A stretch of 64,000 nucleotides of DNA, taken from the sequence record MH791411.1. One strand, given 5' to 3'. Position 1 is the stretch's first letter. Each line of letters opens with the position of its first letter. A program made the position numbers and the translations under genes. The notes below the pieces were generated by a model. It searched no databases. It saw nothing but the letters and a program-made list of their open reading frames with translations, and was not told the DNA's origin. This document shows positions 26,741 to 38,474 of the stretch, piece after piece.

Positions 26741-27922
26741 ATGTTACCTTTTGTTAGAATGTTTGATTATGGGAACGTCGTTGAGCCACCTGTGGGTACA
26801 CGTTATACCTGTAGTGACTATAGTGCGACTTATAGTTTAATAAAGGATGGTGTGTTATATGTATCTGGGATGAATAACTATTATCAGTTAGGTAATAACA
26901 CTAACGTAACACGTTACAACGAGTGGTTAAAAGTTCCAGAGACTGATAGTGTTAAGTTTTGTAGTACTGGTTATAGTCAGACAATGTATCTGACTAACAA
27001 TGGTAGGATAATGATAGCAGGTGAAGATCCTACTTCCAGTGCGACGGCGGTAAGTGTAAAGGTTTGGACGGATATAACTTCTAGATTTAGTGCAGTTGAT
27101 ACTAAAAAGATTGTTTATATTTCAATAGAACGTTATGGTGTAATGATGATCATGGAAGATGGTTCAGTATGGGCGTGTGGTGTTGATAATACTGGTTGGA
27201 GTGGACAAGGGAGTAAGACTGTTGGTTTCTTTACTTTCAGACAAATATACACCGGAAGTGCAGGAAGTGCAGTTGCTTGTACTGCTGGTACTGGCACTTC
27301 GAGGATTCTATTAGTTGATGGTACAATATTGTCCTCTGGTACTAATACATATCATCAATGTAATGCTAGTACTGATCTGGCTGTTCTAACATACACTGAA
27401 TCATTCCCTGGGGTTGATCCTTCATTGATATATCAAGTCAAGATGTGTAATAACAACTGTATTATATTCTTGAGTGATAAGAGATATTATGGTACTGGTT
27501 GGGGGAGTTTTGGTGCTTTGGGTGATGGTGATATTTCGGGTTCGAATAATAAATTCTATGCTGGTACATTGTCAGTTGCTCCTAAAAACATGCGTGCTTA
27601 TATGTCGTATCTATGTAGTTCTGCTGGGGATTCTAGTATGTACATAGGCGATGATAATTTCATATACACCTGCGGTTATCGTGGGAGGAACTTAATAAAT
27701 GCCACTACAGATATTGGGACGTTCACGAAATGCATTCAAAGTGCACAAGGATACAAGAATGGACTTATATATAGTGGGAATTATTGTGCTGTAGTTTTTG
27801 ATCCAGATTTGGGTTCAGGAATGACATATGCGGTTTCATCACCAAAAGTGAATGCACCAGCACCACAGGCGAGTGTTCCAACATTGGGTATGAGTTCGTT
27901 ACAAGCTATTATTTTACCATAA
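26741..27922 (+). CDS. RCC1-like beta-propeller protein 3
   Basis: MLPFVRMFDYGN leader; GxNxxxQLG repeats. Confidence 0.85.
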   Translation: MLPFVRMFDYGNVVEPPVGTRYTCSDYSATYSLIKDGVLYVSGMNNYYQLGNNTNVTRYNEWLKVPETDSVKFCSTGYSQTMYLTNNGRIMIAGEDPTSSATAVSVKVWTDITSRFSAVDTKKIVYISIERYGVMMIMEDGSVWACGVDNTGWSGQGSKTVGFFTFRQIYTGSAGSAVACTAGTGTSRILLVDGTILSSGTNTYHQCNASTDLAVLTYTESFPGVDPSLIYQVKMCNNNCIIFLSDKRYYGTGWGSFGALGDGDISGSNNKFYAGTLSVAPKNMRAYMSYLCSSAGDSSMYIGDDNFIYTCGYRGRNLINATTDIGTFTKCIQSAQGYKNGLIYSGNYCAVVFDPDLGSGMTYAVSSPKVNAPAPQASVPTLGMSSLQAIILP

Positions 27923-27998
27923 CATTATACCAGTACTGAAATACGTACTGGTATTTTTTTTGTAAATACATTATAATTATTATATGGAGATTTTAGTT

Positions 27999-29192
27999 AT
28001 GTTACCTTTTGCAAGAATGGTTAAGTACGGGAATAAACTGCCTATTCCTGAACCAGTTGAGTTCACTGATGTTTTACAGCAACATTATACTAATGCTATG
28101 TATCTACATAAGCCCACGAATACACTATACGGTTATGGTGGTAATAACTTGAGCCAATTAGGTCTAGGGAATCAATCGGCAGTTTCAACTTTTACAGTAC
28201 TGGCAACGCACTGTGCAGCCTTTTGGTTAGGCGTTCATGGATCATTGATGATTGACTTGGATAATAGAATATATTTCACAGGGAATACAGTAGCATTCCC
28301 CGATTATGGAGATGCAACTCCAGTTAATGGTTATTTTAGAACATGGACTGATGTTACTGCCGCATTTAACAAAATAAATATACACGCTAATTTAATCAAG
28401 AGTGTACATATAGGTGAAAGTACTAGAATATTACTACACGATGGAAGAGTCGTTGTTTGTGGTAAAAATGCAAATGCCGAATGTGGAACAGGTAACCAAA
28501 ATCCCATTCCAGTACTAACAGTTGTTACTGGTATGGGTGAAGTTTCTCAATTGGCGTGTTCATTACAGGGTACGCACTATCTCAAAACAAATAAAGAAGC
28601 ATGGTTTTGTGGTAAGGATAACTTTGGTGAAAGTGGTGGTGGGACTAGCTCATACGTTTTTACTAATAAATTAATACGAACCAACGTCGATTATATAAGT
28701 ACTACTTATGATGTTACCTGGTGGTTTACTGCCGGTAGGGTGTACTGGAGTGGTAGAAACAATTCTGGACAAGCTGGGAATGGTACTACTTCAACTACAA
28801 ACCAATTAACTACAGTTCAGAATTCACAGGTTATAGTGAATATTAGTGATGGTTTCCTGTGTCCTAGTAATATGGGTAACTCAACAATTGGTGCACCTAT
28901 GGCTCAATACCCATCATATGTCAGGAGTGCAGGCATCAATACATATGGTCAAGAAGGGACGGGAAATACAACAATAATTACTTCGTGGGGGGCGTTTTCT
29001 TTAAGTGCGATACAGGGTGGATATGACAATGTTCTTATGGCATCCAAAGACTGGTCCAGAACAATAATTATAACTAAAGATTATAAATTATATGCATGTG
29101 GGGGCTTTAACGGTTCAGGTAGTAAATTACCGGATGGTACTTACTTAATTAAAACATTAACATTAATGCCAACGCAGTTATGGCAACAATAG
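27999..29192 (+). CDS. RCC1-like beta-propeller protein 4
   Basis: MLPFARMVKYGN leader. Confidence 0.85.
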   Translation: MLPFARMVKYGNKLPIPEPVEFTDVLQQHYTNAMYLHKPTNTLYGYGGNNLSQLGLGNQSAVSTFTVLATHCAAFWLGVHGSLMIDLDNRIYFTGNTVAFPDYGDATPVNGYFRTWTDVTAAFNKINIHANLIKSVHIGESTRILLHDGRVVVCGKNANAECGTGNQNPIPVLTVVTGMGEVSQLACSLQGTHYLKTNKEAWFCGKDNFGESGGGTSSYVFTNKLIRTNVDYISTTYDVTWWFTAGRVYWSGRNNSGQAGNGTTSTTNQLTTVQNSQVIVNISDGFLCPSNMGNSTIGAPMAQYPSYVRSAGINTYGQEGTGNTTIITSWGAFSLSAIQGGYDNVLMASKDWSRTIIITKDYKLYACGGFNGSGSKLPDGTYLIKTLTLMPTQLWQQ

Positions 29193-29200
29193 GAGGAATT

Positions 29201-30310
29201 ATGTTACCTTTTGTAAGACTATTTGATTATGGGAATATTACACCTGGTCCTAAAAATATAATAAAAGTTGGTGCTTCTACACAAGGTCAATTCGTATTGA
29301 CTGATTCACATGAATTATATTACATAGGCAGAAATCAAGGTGGTGAATCTGGAAATGGTAATAAAAACACGGTATCTTCTTGGACATTAGTAAGTGCAGA
29401 TGTTTCTAATTTTTTCACTGGAGGACGAACACTTGTTATTATTAAAAATGACAATACGATATGGACATCAGGTGAAACATATTGGTTCACATCATCAACA
29501 ACAACTTCTTACAGTACTACATTAGTTGATAGAACGGAGTGGTTTACAAATACAATTCCTGTGAATCAAATTGCTAATATTGTATGCAATGGTGGTGTAA
29601 TATTTGTACTCAGTTCAAGTTCAGTACTCTATGGTGCTGGGGCTAATGGATACCGTGGTGTATTGGGGATTGGTTCTTCATCAATATATACATTAACACT
29701 ATGTGCTTCTAATGTGCGTAAAGTTATGTCTACTCCTAATGATAGTATGTATATTAGCATAGATAATAAGTTATATAGTTCAGGGTGGAATGACCGTGGA
29801 TTACATGGCACAGGGAACAGAACACAAGTTAACATTTGGGGACTGCGTAGTTCTGGTGTAATAGATGCAGCTATTGGTGGACATACACTCAATTACTATA
29901 ATGGTACATCATATTTCACATGTGGTACAACTCCAAACTTTCTTAGTTCAGATTCAACTACATTCAAAGCAGTTCCTGTAAGTACTTTACCTAATAATTC
30001 ACCTTTGTTTATGACAAATTCAGAGGCAACAAGCACGGCTACGCAAATTATATTAACTAGTGCATATCAGAAAGGTATTGGGGGAAACCGTGGTTTGGGA
30101 TTAAACAATTCTCAAACGGGTGCTATCTATAGTGCTGCTAATTTACAATTACCTGTAGAAGTTAGTGAGATTAGTGATGTTGCTTTTAGTGACGGATTAA
30201 CATCATTATTAACCAAAGACGGGAATGTATATAGTACTGGATCGTATTACGCCATTCCAGGTGCAAGTGCAGATGTTGCAGTCTTTACTAAAATTGATTT
30301 ACCAAAATAA
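29201..30310 (+). CDS. RCC1-like beta-propeller protein 5
   Basis: MLPFVRLFDYGN leader; only 8 bp after gene 4. Confidence 0.85.
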   Translation: MLPFVRLFDYGNITPGPKNIIKVGASTQGQFVLTDSHELYYIGRNQGGESGNGNKNTVSSWTLVSADVSNFFTGGRTLVIIKNDNTIWTSGETYWFTSSTTTSYSTTLVDRTEWFTNTIPVNQIANIVCNGGVIFVLSSSSVLYGAGANGYRGVLGIGSSSIYTLTLCASNVRKVMSTPNDSMYISIDNKLYSSGWNDRGLHGTGNRTQVNIWGLRSSGVIDAAIGGHTLNYYNGTSYFTCGTTPNFLSSDSTTFKAVPVSTLPNNSPLFMTNSEATSTATQIILTSAYQKGIGGNRGLGLNNSQTGAIYSAANLQLPVEVSEISDVAFSDGLTSLLTKDGNVYSTGSYYAIPGASADVAVFTKIDLPK

Positions 30311-30380
30311 CATAATGCCAGTACTCAGTACTGGCTTTTCTTTTTTATTAAATATAGTATAATGAATAAAGGAGGAATAT

Positions 30381-31560
30381 ATGTTACCTTTTGTTAGATT
30401 ATTTGATTATGGGAATATTGCCCCTGTCAAAGATACTGTTGTTAAAATTAATAGTGATGAAAATTCAATAAGCGTATTATACAGTGATGGGTCATTATAT
30501 ATGCGTGGACGGAAACCAATCAGCAAAAATGGGAGTTACTGGTTCATCTTTTTTGGATAGATGGGTTTTATGTCCTTATAGTGTTGATGATTTCTGGAGT
30601 TCTCTATATTGTACTATAATTAGAACAAAACAAGGGGAATTGTACTATAGTGGGACTAACTCAGTTTTTGGTATATCATCTTCGGTTTCAACATGGACTC
30701 GTTGTGAATCATATTTTGGATTTATTTCTCCGAGTTCAATAAAAGATATAAAAATAACATCATCAACCGGAACTAACAATTCCATGTTAATACTAACAAG
30801 TGACGGGCAGTTATATGGTATAGGCATGAATGGTGCAAGTGAATTGGGTACAGCAACTGCACCAATTACATCTCCACTCTTAATTGACACTAGTGTATCT
30901 GCAATTGCATCTAGTGAAATGAGCAGAAACTTTCACTATATAAAAGATGGTATATATTATCGTTGTGGTGAGAATACTTTTTATCAATTAGGAACCGGTG
31001 ATAATAAGCCTATTACTAGTTTTACTGCATTGAATCTTGGTAGTTCTCATGTAATTGCAGTACAAGCTACACGATGGGTAACACGTTTGATTGTTCAAAG
31101 TAGTACATCTGCTTTGTCTTTAATGGCGGCTGGTTGGAACACACAGTTGACTATAGGTGGTTCTGAAAATACTGGTATAATAAGGTCATCATTTACTACC
31201 AATCCCTATACCGATATAACAGCAAATTCATTCGATAAACTTTCACCAGTATCCTATGTTAATGCAATAAAATCCAGTACTAACATTATTAATACGAATG
31301 GTAAGGGATATAATTCTAATGGTGCTGGTTTAGGCCGCAACGCAGTCTCTGGGAATTATGGTTCAATATTACCAATAGAATTCTTTGATGATAGTGTTGA
31401 CTTATCACATGTTGAGTGGTTTGGTACGATTGGTAATGGTTCAGTATCGGTAGTTAGTATAGGTGAGGATTTATACTGGACTGGAAACCCTGGGTATTTT
31501 ACTGAACAAGGTGAGACTGGATATATATATAAATTCAAAAAGTGCGTTCCTTTTAGATAA
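30381..31560 (+). pseudogene. RCC1-like beta-propeller protein 6, frameshifted (or sequencing error)
   Basis: MLPFVRLFDYGN frame stops at 30560; removing one A at 30513-30515 gives LYMRGRNQSAKMG joined to ORF 30484-31560. Confidence 0.8.
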
Positions 31561-31630
31561 ACACAATGCCAGTACTTGAGTACTGGCATTCTTTTTGATT
31601 AAATATAGTATAATGAATAAAGGAGGAAAT

Positions 31631-32776
31631 ATGTTACCTTTTGTTAGAATGTTTGATTATGGGAATGAAGCACCTGTACCAGTTGGTATAAAGATGGTAA
31701 AAGTTTTACAGAATAATGTGTTTATTTTATTAGAAGACGGAAGGTTATATGGCAGAGGGCATAATTTTTACTATCAATTAGGTACTGGTAGTAGTTCTCC
31801 TACTATAGTTGAAGAGTGGGTTTTATGTTTAACTGATGTAAAGGAATTTTGGACTACTGGTGATACACAAGGAATATTAGTACGTAAAAATGATGGCACA
31901 TGGTGGAGTACTGGTACTCAAATCTATCGTGGTGTTAATACTACTTATCGTGTATGGACAGAAATACTTGGTATTTTTAATAATGTGAATGACACATATA
32001 GTAAAATAGTTATAGGAAACGGCGTTACATTATTATTAACAATAGATAATAAATTATATAAGATGGGTGACAATAACAACGGTGAAGTTTTTACTGGGGC
32101 TGTTGGACAAAGAGTATCAGTACTGACATTGACCCCAGAAGTTGATGTTAAAGATATTGGTGTAACCGCGAATAATGCTTCATTTGTATTATACAATGAT
32201 GGAACATTAAAGTACAGTGGGAATAAATCTAGTATTGGTTCGACTGGTACAACTACCACATTGACTACTGTTACTACTGGAGTATTACAGATAAATTCGG
32301 AAAATGCATATAGTGCTAATTACGTATTAAAGAGTGATGGGCTATATGTATTCGGTTCACAAATAGATGGACAGTTGGGTGATGGCACTGATGGCACTAT
32401 TAACAGTCTTAGAACAATCACAAAGATACCAGCTTCTAGTATTCCTAGTACTGCGATTGATTACATAGGTGGTTCTAATTATGAAGCACACGTTAGAGCA
32501 GGTGGTATATGGTATTTCGCTGGGCGTGGAAACGCTTCTGGAGATGGAATAACGAACTCTAATGTTATTAAAACATGGCGTGCATGTACTAATATAACTG
32601 AACCAGTTCCATATGATAAAATGACACATGGTTATATGATAACATTCATGTTAAAAAACGGTGAATTATATGGTTCAGGGAATGGTAGTAGAACTGCTGG
32701 TATGGGTACAATTCCGTATGAAGAAGAAAATGCCGGAAATACAGGATTATTTAAAAAAATAGTTACACCGAGTTAA
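31631..32776 (+). CDS. RCC1-like beta-propeller protein 7
   Basis: MLPFVRMFDYGN leader. Confidence 0.85.
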   Translation: MLPFVRMFDYGNEAPVPVGIKMVKVLQNNVFILLEDGRLYGRGHNFYYQLGTGSSSPTIVEEWVLCLTDVKEFWTTGDTQGILVRKNDGTWWSTGTQIYRGVNTTYRVWTEILGIFNNVNDTYSKIVIGNGVTLLLTIDNKLYKMGDNNNGEVFTGAVGQRVSVLTLTPEVDVKDIGVTANNASFVLYNDGTLKYSGNKSSIGSTGTTTTLTTVTTGVLQINSENAYSANYVLKSDGLYVFGSQIDGQLGDGTDGTINSLRTITKIPASSIPSTAIDYIGGSNYEAHVRAGGIWYFAGRGNASGDGITNSNVIKTWRACTNITEPVPYDKMTHGYMITFMLKNGELYGSGNGSRTAGMGTIPYEEENAGNTGLFKKIVTPS

Positions 32777-32852
32777 AATTAAAATGCCAGTACTTGAGTA
32801 CTGGCATTTCTTTTTTTGATTAAATATAGTATAATGAATAAAGGAGGAAAAT

Positions 32853-34043
32853 ATGTTACCTTTTGTTAGATTGTTTGATTATGGGAATATCACACCTGAA
32901 CCTCTTCTAATTAAGAAAATAATACCAACTGATACTGATGTGGTTGTACTTTATACTGACGGTCAACTATACGCACGAGGAAATAATAGTTATGGGAAGT
33001 TCGGTCGCGGAAATAATAATGCAGTAAGGTCGTGGACATTAATTAGAGAAAATGTCAAAGATTGCTGGATGACACAAGGAACTTTGTTAGTTCAAGATAA
33101 GGACTTAAATTATTTTTATTGTGGATATGGTGGTCATATTGGTTTAGAAACTAGTACTACATCATTTTTAAGTTATAACCAATATATTGAAAATTTGTAC
33201 ACACAAAGTTCAGGTACTTCAATTAAACAGATGTATGCAGGTACTACGTGGTTTACTTTCTTAATGGATAATAATACAATATGGAGTACTGGTTGGAGTG
33301 GGGCTAGACAATTCGCTGATGGTACTGGTAGTACTCAACAAATAACAGATGGATCATTTGTAAAAGCTGTCACGCCTAATGTTGATATTGCACGAATACA
33401 GTCAACAAATAGCTGTGTAATGTTTTATGATACACAAAATAATTTATATATTGGTGGTAGTACATCAGGTATAAGTACTACTGATACATGGACTCCATAC
33501 AATCAATATACTTTATATCAGCCAAGTACAACATATACAAAAACATTACAATATGTTGTATGTACAATTGGTGCAGTCAGTGCTTTAGTGGAGAATCCAA
33601 GTACAGGAGCACGTCAGTTCCTAGTGGGTGGGAACGCCAATAATGGGGCATGGGGTAATAACACTACGTCTAGTACAGCACGAGCAGTATTAGGAAATAA
33701 TAGTACAACCTTACCACCCGGTACTTTGTATTCAATTCATACTGGATACCCAGCACAATCTAGTATACTAGTTACGAGTTCTGGTGTATATGCAACAGGT
33801 TTAAATGCGAGTAGTTATGCTGGTTCATTGGGTGTTGGTTCTAATGTTACCATTGGTAAATTTACTGCATGTCCATTGCCGTCAGAAATAACATATTCTA
33901 TGTATGATAAAATAAAAATATATCGAGGGTCGTTACGTACTTTCCTAACTGCTGATATGAAAAATATATATTCAACCGGAACTTATGATGATGGTGGTCC
34001 TAGTACAAATAGATATGTACTTGATACTCCAAGACAACTATAA
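32853..34043 (+). CDS. RCC1-like beta-propeller protein 8
   Basis: MLPFVRLFDYGN leader. Confidence 0.85.
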   Translation: MLPFVRLFDYGNITPEPLLIKKIIPTDTDVVVLYTDGQLYARGNNSYGKFGRGNNNAVRSWTLIRENVKDCWMTQGTLLVQDKDLNYFYCGYGGHIGLETSTTSFLSYNQYIENLYTQSSGTSIKQMYAGTTWFTFLMDNNTIWSTGWSGARQFADGTGSTQQITDGSFVKAVTPNVDIARIQSTNSCVMFYDTQNNLYIGGSTSGISTTDTWTPYNQYTLYQPSTTYTKTLQYVVCTIGAVSALVENPSTGARQFLVGGNANNGAWGNNTTSSTARAVLGNNSTTLPPGTLYSIHTGYPAQSSILVTSSGVYATGLNASSYAGSLGVGSNVTIGKFTACPLPSEITYSMYDKIKIYRGSLRTFLTADMKNIYSTGTYDDGGPSTNRYVLDTPRQL

Positions 34044-34115
34044 CAATAATGCCAGTACTTGATACTGGCTTTTATTTTTTTGATTAAATATAGTATAATG
34101 AATAAAGGAGGAAAT

Positions 34116-35303
34116 ATGTTACCTTTTGCAAGAATGGTTAAGTACGGGAATAAAGTCATTCCATATGTTCCCAATTTTACTAAATTAGTCACCCCAGCAG
34201 TTGGTTATTCATTTACATGCACAATGCTGCTTGATGTAAATGGATCAGTGTGGGCTATGGGTCTTCAGAATGCAGGAATTTTTGGGTTAGGTAATACTAC
34301 ACAGGTTACTGAATGGACAAAAATATATAACAATGTTAAAGATTTTTGGTGCAGCACGGGGAATGGTTTTTGTCTAATACGAACAAATGATGATAGATTC
34401 TTTTATAGTGGTTTAGATAAATGGCTAGGTAACAATACAACAAATACTGTAACAACATTCACTGAATGTACGAGTTATTTTACACAATTTGGTATTTCAA
34501 AAATCAAAGAAATATATGTAGGTCTTGATTATGCTTTGATTTTAGGTACTGATAATAGTTTATATTTGTTAGGTGATAATAAAAATTCAAAGTTTGGTTT
34601 AAACACTGCATCATATTTTAATAAATTTACATTTTTAGTCGATAATGTTAAAAAATTCTGTTCATCCATCACACCATCTAACTGGATTATTAAACTAGAT
34701 AATACAATATGGCGTACTGGGACAACATCTCATGGAACGTTGGGAAATGGAGTTCAAAACACATATATATTTCCTTGGGTTCAATATAAGGGCACACCTG
34801 TTACCGAAGCTATAGACGTTTTTTGTAGTGCGAGTTATATTGGTATTATAACTAAAGGTACACCAGAATCATGTCCTATGTATACACTAGGCTATCAAGC
34901 TGATGGTCAGTTGGGTAATAATACTACAGCAGGGGGTTATAAATTAACGCCAACATTATCGAAAACCGTTCCAGATGATAGTGAATTCATTCGAATTGAA
35001 AACATCTCATCCCGTGGTCTGGTATATTATAGCTCTGGTAAAATTTATAGTACTGGTTATAATAACAATGGTCAGTTGGCAAATAATACTAAAATCAATT
35101 CTGGTTCATTTGTTGAAGCAATTTTACCTAATGGTGTTAACTTTAAGAAAAGTGAATCACTTGTAGCTGGGAACGATGCAACGTTGTATATGTACATTAA
35201 TAATAAATTATACTACGCGGGGAAATCTCCTGATAATATTTCAGCAAGTAGTTCGTCTGTCATGAAAGAATTCCCACTTCCAACAATTAATGCCAGTACT
35301 TGA
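34116..35303 (+). CDS. RCC1-like beta-propeller protein 9
   Basis: MLPFARMVKYGN leader. Confidence 0.85.
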   Translation: MLPFARMVKYGNKVIPYVPNFTKLVTPAVGYSFTCTMLLDVNGSVWAMGLQNAGIFGLGNTTQVTEWTKIYNNVKDFWCSTGNGFCLIRTNDDRFFYSGLDKWLGNNTTNTVTTFTECTSYFTQFGISKIKEIYVGLDYALILGTDNSLYLLGDNKNSKFGLNTASYFNKFTFLVDNVKKFCSSITPSNWIIKLDNTIWRTGTTSHGTLGNGVQNTYIFPWVQYKGTPVTEAIDVFCSASYIGIITKGTPESCPMYTLGYQADGQLGNNTTAGGYKLTPTLSKTVPDDSEFIRIENISSRGLVYYSSGKIYSTGYNNNGQLANNTKINSGSFVEAILPNGVNFKKSESLVAGNDATLYMYINNKLYYAGKSPDNISASSSSVMKEFPLPTINAST

Positions 35304-35355
35304 TACTGGCTTTTCTTTTTGTATTAAATATAGTATAATGAATAAAGGAGGGAAT

Positions 35356-36507
35356 ATGTTACCTTTTGCAAGAATGGTTAAGTACGGGAATATTGCACCA
35401 GTTCCTGTAGTTCCTACAATAAAAGATTTTAAGATTGGATTTTCACATGAAGTGTTATTGGACAGTGCAGGTGATGTATGGGGTATTGGATACAATACAG
35501 ATGGACAGTTGGGATTTCTGGATGCTAACACAAATTCAATAGGAATGTGGTCTAAGATACATGAGAATGTTAGATTAATTGGCGTTACTGCCAATTATAC
35601 TGTAGTTGTTACAAATGATAATAGAATACTTTACGCCGGAAATAACTTAATTTCTAGTACTACAACGCTTGGGTGGAACGATATAACGTCCAGTATGGGA
35701 GAGGTTGCAGTGGATAGTATAGATACATTATATTGCACAGATGGAATGATGCATATTAAAACTGCTGATGGCTCTTTATATGCATATGGACGTAATATGA
35801 ACGCGAACGCTGGAGTTACAGGCGTTTCTGGCGTTATTAGTGTTGCAACTAAAGTTAGTGGTTTACCATCGGCAGTGAAGGATATACGATATACGTTTAG
35901 TTATGGTTCAGTACTATGCCAATTTGATACCACTTCGGTATATGGATGGGGAAGAAATGTCAATGGTGAATTAGGTCAGGGGAATGCAGCCGCAGTTCCT
36001 GCCCCATACCTATTGGCGGGAGCTTCTATTGTTATAGGTACTTCTTATAATGCTACTGCCATTGTTTCTGGTACTGGAACGTTAGTTACATGTGGTGGAC
36101 AAAATAATGGTCAGTTAGGTAATGGTATTACTACTGCTGGTAATGTATACATATATGGTGCTAGGTCATACCCTGGCGATCTTAATAATATAAGAAGTCC
36201 AGTAGATTGTAGTACAACTTATACTTCCGCATTTATGAGTACAGATGGTATATATTACACGGGTTCGAACCGAAGTGTTTTTGGTGGTGCGAGTGGTTCT
36301 GCTACTGTTGCATTATATACTAAATGTAGTGATTTGCCAATATTATATTCCAATATAACTCAGTGGGGTAGTGGTACTATTGGTGGGGCGATATGTAGCA
36401 GAACTGAATTATATCAGTGTGGTACAGGTAGATACATTGCCGGAGATGGACAGAACGCAACTAGGTATGGGTTTAGAAAGACACCATTACCTTGGGATGT
36501 TTATTGA
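35356..36507 (+). CDS. RCC1-like beta-propeller protein 10
   Basis: MLPFARMVKYGN leader. Confidence 0.85.
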   Translation: MLPFARMVKYGNIAPVPVVPTIKDFKIGFSHEVLLDSAGDVWGIGYNTDGQLGFLDANTNSIGMWSKIHENVRLIGVTANYTVVVTNDNRILYAGNNLISSTTTLGWNDITSSMGEVAVDSIDTLYCTDGMMHIKTADGSLYAYGRNMNANAGVTGVSGVISVATKVSGLPSAVKDIRYTFSYGSVLCQFDTTSVYGWGRNVNGELGQGNAAAVPAPYLLAGASIVIGTSYNATAIVSGTGTLVTCGGQNNGQLGNGITTAGNVYIYGARSYPGDLNNIRSPVDCSTTYTSAFMSTDGIYYTGSNRSVFGGASGSATVALYTKCSDLPILYSNITQWGSGTIGGAICSRTELYQCGTGRYIAGDGQNATRYGFRKTPLPWDVY

Positions 36508-36577
36508 AATAATGCCAGTACTCTGTACTGGCTTTTCTTTTTGATTAAATATAGTATAAAGAATAAAGGAGGGAATT

Positions 36578-37714
36578 ATGTTACCTTTTGCAAGAATGGT
36601 TAAGTACGGGAATATAAAAGTAAAGAGTACTATACAAAAAGTTATACTTGGTGGTGGTGGTCAATGTGTGGTAACATTACTCAGTGATGGTAGAGTGTAT
36701 GGACGTGGTTACAACACTACACATGGGTTAGGTACTGGTACAACAACATTCGTAAGTGATTGGGTATTAATGGGAGATAATATTGTTGATATCCATTCAA
36801 ATGGTGTTACTGGAACATTCCTTATTACCAAAGAAAATAGAATATTGTATTCTGGTTTTGCGACACCAATCAATGGCACAACATCACATTATACACGTTT
36901 CACTGATTTAACATCAACTGTATTTGCTGCGGTGGATGTTAGTAATATTAAAACAATTACGGGAAATGGTAATGTTACAATGGTTCTTTTGAATGATGGT
37001 TCACTTTATGGGAGTGGTGCAAATATAGGGGTTATAGGTAATGGTAGTAACGTTGCATTATCAACACAAACATATGTGACTAATGATGTGCGTGATGTGA
37101 AAACATATCCATCAATGAACACTATAACAAAAAATAATAATCAAATATTGGCTAGTGGTATTTTATACCAAGGCGTGAACGGTACAAATTCATCAATAAA
37201 CACGTCTTCATATACATTACTGTACACATTACCGAGTTCTGATTGTTTTCAATTTGCATTTGATACATATACATTTGGATATGTTGACCCTAGTACTAAC
37301 ACTTCTTATATAAGAGGTATACCAATAAATGGTTCATTAGGTAATGGCGTTACTAATAATACAGCAGTTACAACATGGGTTACTAAAGTTTGGAATACAC
37401 CAATTGATAGTTCTATACCTAATAAATCATATACAACTAACCATGTCTCCTTGTTCAATGATGGAAACTTATGGACAACTGGTGCATCTAGTGTAGGTTA
37501 TTCCAATGGTACAAATAGCACAACAGCTAATACATGGACCAGTTCATCTAATTTACCATTCAACACTAATAACATAACAGACTATGCTTTTGGTGGTAGT
37601 ATTACTGTAGTGGTAATCGACTACAGGACTATGTACATACTAGCTAACAACGCCATTGCTGGTACTGCTACGACAACTTATAAATTTGAGCCATATAATT
37701 CTCCACCAGTTTAA
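36578..37714 (+). CDS. RCC1-like beta-propeller protein 11
   Basis: MLPFARMVKYGN leader. Confidence 0.85.
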   Translation: MLPFARMVKYGNIKVKSTIQKVILGGGGQCVVTLLSDGRVYGRGYNTTHGLGTGTTTFVSDWVLMGDNIVDIHSNGVTGTFLITKENRILYSGFATPINGTTSHYTRFTDLTSTVFAAVDVSNIKTITGNGNVTMVLLNDGSLYGSGANIGVIGNGSNVALSTQTYVTNDVRDVKTYPSMNTITKNNNQILASGILYQGVNGTNSSINTSSYTLLYTLPSSDCFQFAFDTYTFGYVDPSTNTSYIRGIPINGSLGNGVTNNTAVTTWVTKVWNTPIDSSIPNKSYTTNHVSLFNDGNLWTTGASSVGYSNGTNSTTANTWTSSSNLPFNTNNITDYAFGGSITVVVIDYRTMYILANNAIAGTATTTYKFEPYNSPPV

Positions 37715-37746
37715 TATAATGCCAGTACTATGTACTGGCTTTTCTT

Positions 37747-38397
37747 TTACATATTATATAATGTGAATGCAGTCACTTTACCAGTTGTTGTTAGTTCATT
37801 ATAAAGATACTCCAAGATTCTCGCACACTCTAAGTATATCTCGATATCATCATGAATAAGTGAGTACTGAAATAGCTGTTCTTCAGGTAATTTGTATTGA
37901 CTTCCTTTTAATGAATTGAGAATATCTTTCACATCATCAAGTACTGGGTAAAGTACGAAATCTTCATCATATTTTGAAGCAATAAATTCAAATCCACCAC
38001 CATCAGTACTAGATATACCAATCAGTACTTTATCAATCAAGTTAATGTTTATATAACGGTTGTGATTTGGGTGAATTGAAATCTCAAACATAAGAGTACT
38101 GTTACAATCAACATCAATATACAAATATACATCATTGAATTTATAAGTTAAGCAACCGTACTCAAGAAAATCAGAGCAAATAATTGATGAGTTTTTTCTC
38201 GTCTCTGCGTAATGCATCTTGATATTCTTTTCACGCATAAGTAATTCGAACTTTGCACTAAACTTGCCACCAGCAAGATAGTTAGTATTAGGACGTTTGT
38301 AACTTGCAACTGGTCGGTGGGATGATGTAAAGTATTTTTTTGTGAATCGTTTATGTTTAGTGAAATATTCTTGATAGAACTTACTTCTTTTATTCAT
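37747..38397 (-). CDS. hypothetical protein, basic N-terminus, EExLFQYS motif family
   Basis: 216 aa, inverted within the propeller array. Confidence 0.8.
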   Translation of the reverse strand: MNKRSKFYQEYFTKHKRFTKKYFTSSHRPVASYKRPNTNYLAGGKFSAKFELLMREKNIKMHYAETRKNSSIICSDFLEYGCLTYKFNDVYLYIDVDCNSTLMFEISIHPNHNRYININLIDKVLIGISSTDGGGFEFIASKYDEDFVLYPVLDDVKDILNSLKGSQYKLPEEQLFQYSLIHDDIEIYLECARILEYLYNELTTTGKVTAFTLYNM

Positions 38398-38474
38398 GAG
38401 TACCTCAATTAAATCGCTGTAAAATTGTACATTATAAAATGATTAAATAAAGTATAACACAAGGAGATTTTATC

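Larger units (their letters stand above)
25501..36590 (+). repeat. conserved intergenic cassette: terminator + TAAATA late promoter + RBS + first 12 codons
   Basis: GCCAGTAC-N-GTACTGGC-T-run, GATTAAATATAGTATAATGAATAAAGGAGG, ATGTTACCTTTTG at about 25501, 26676, 30316, 31567, 32785, 34051, 35292, 36514. Confidence 0.9.

Noticed and set aside
35283-35303. Gene 9 stop codon lying inside the terminator hairpin
   Set aside because: Only a few extra residues; likely drift of the stop rather than a regulatory feature
25431-35355. N-terminal extensions such as IKYSIMNKGGN in the ORF track
   Set aside because: They are translations of the promoter/RBS spacer; the true starts follow AAGGAGG at MLPF
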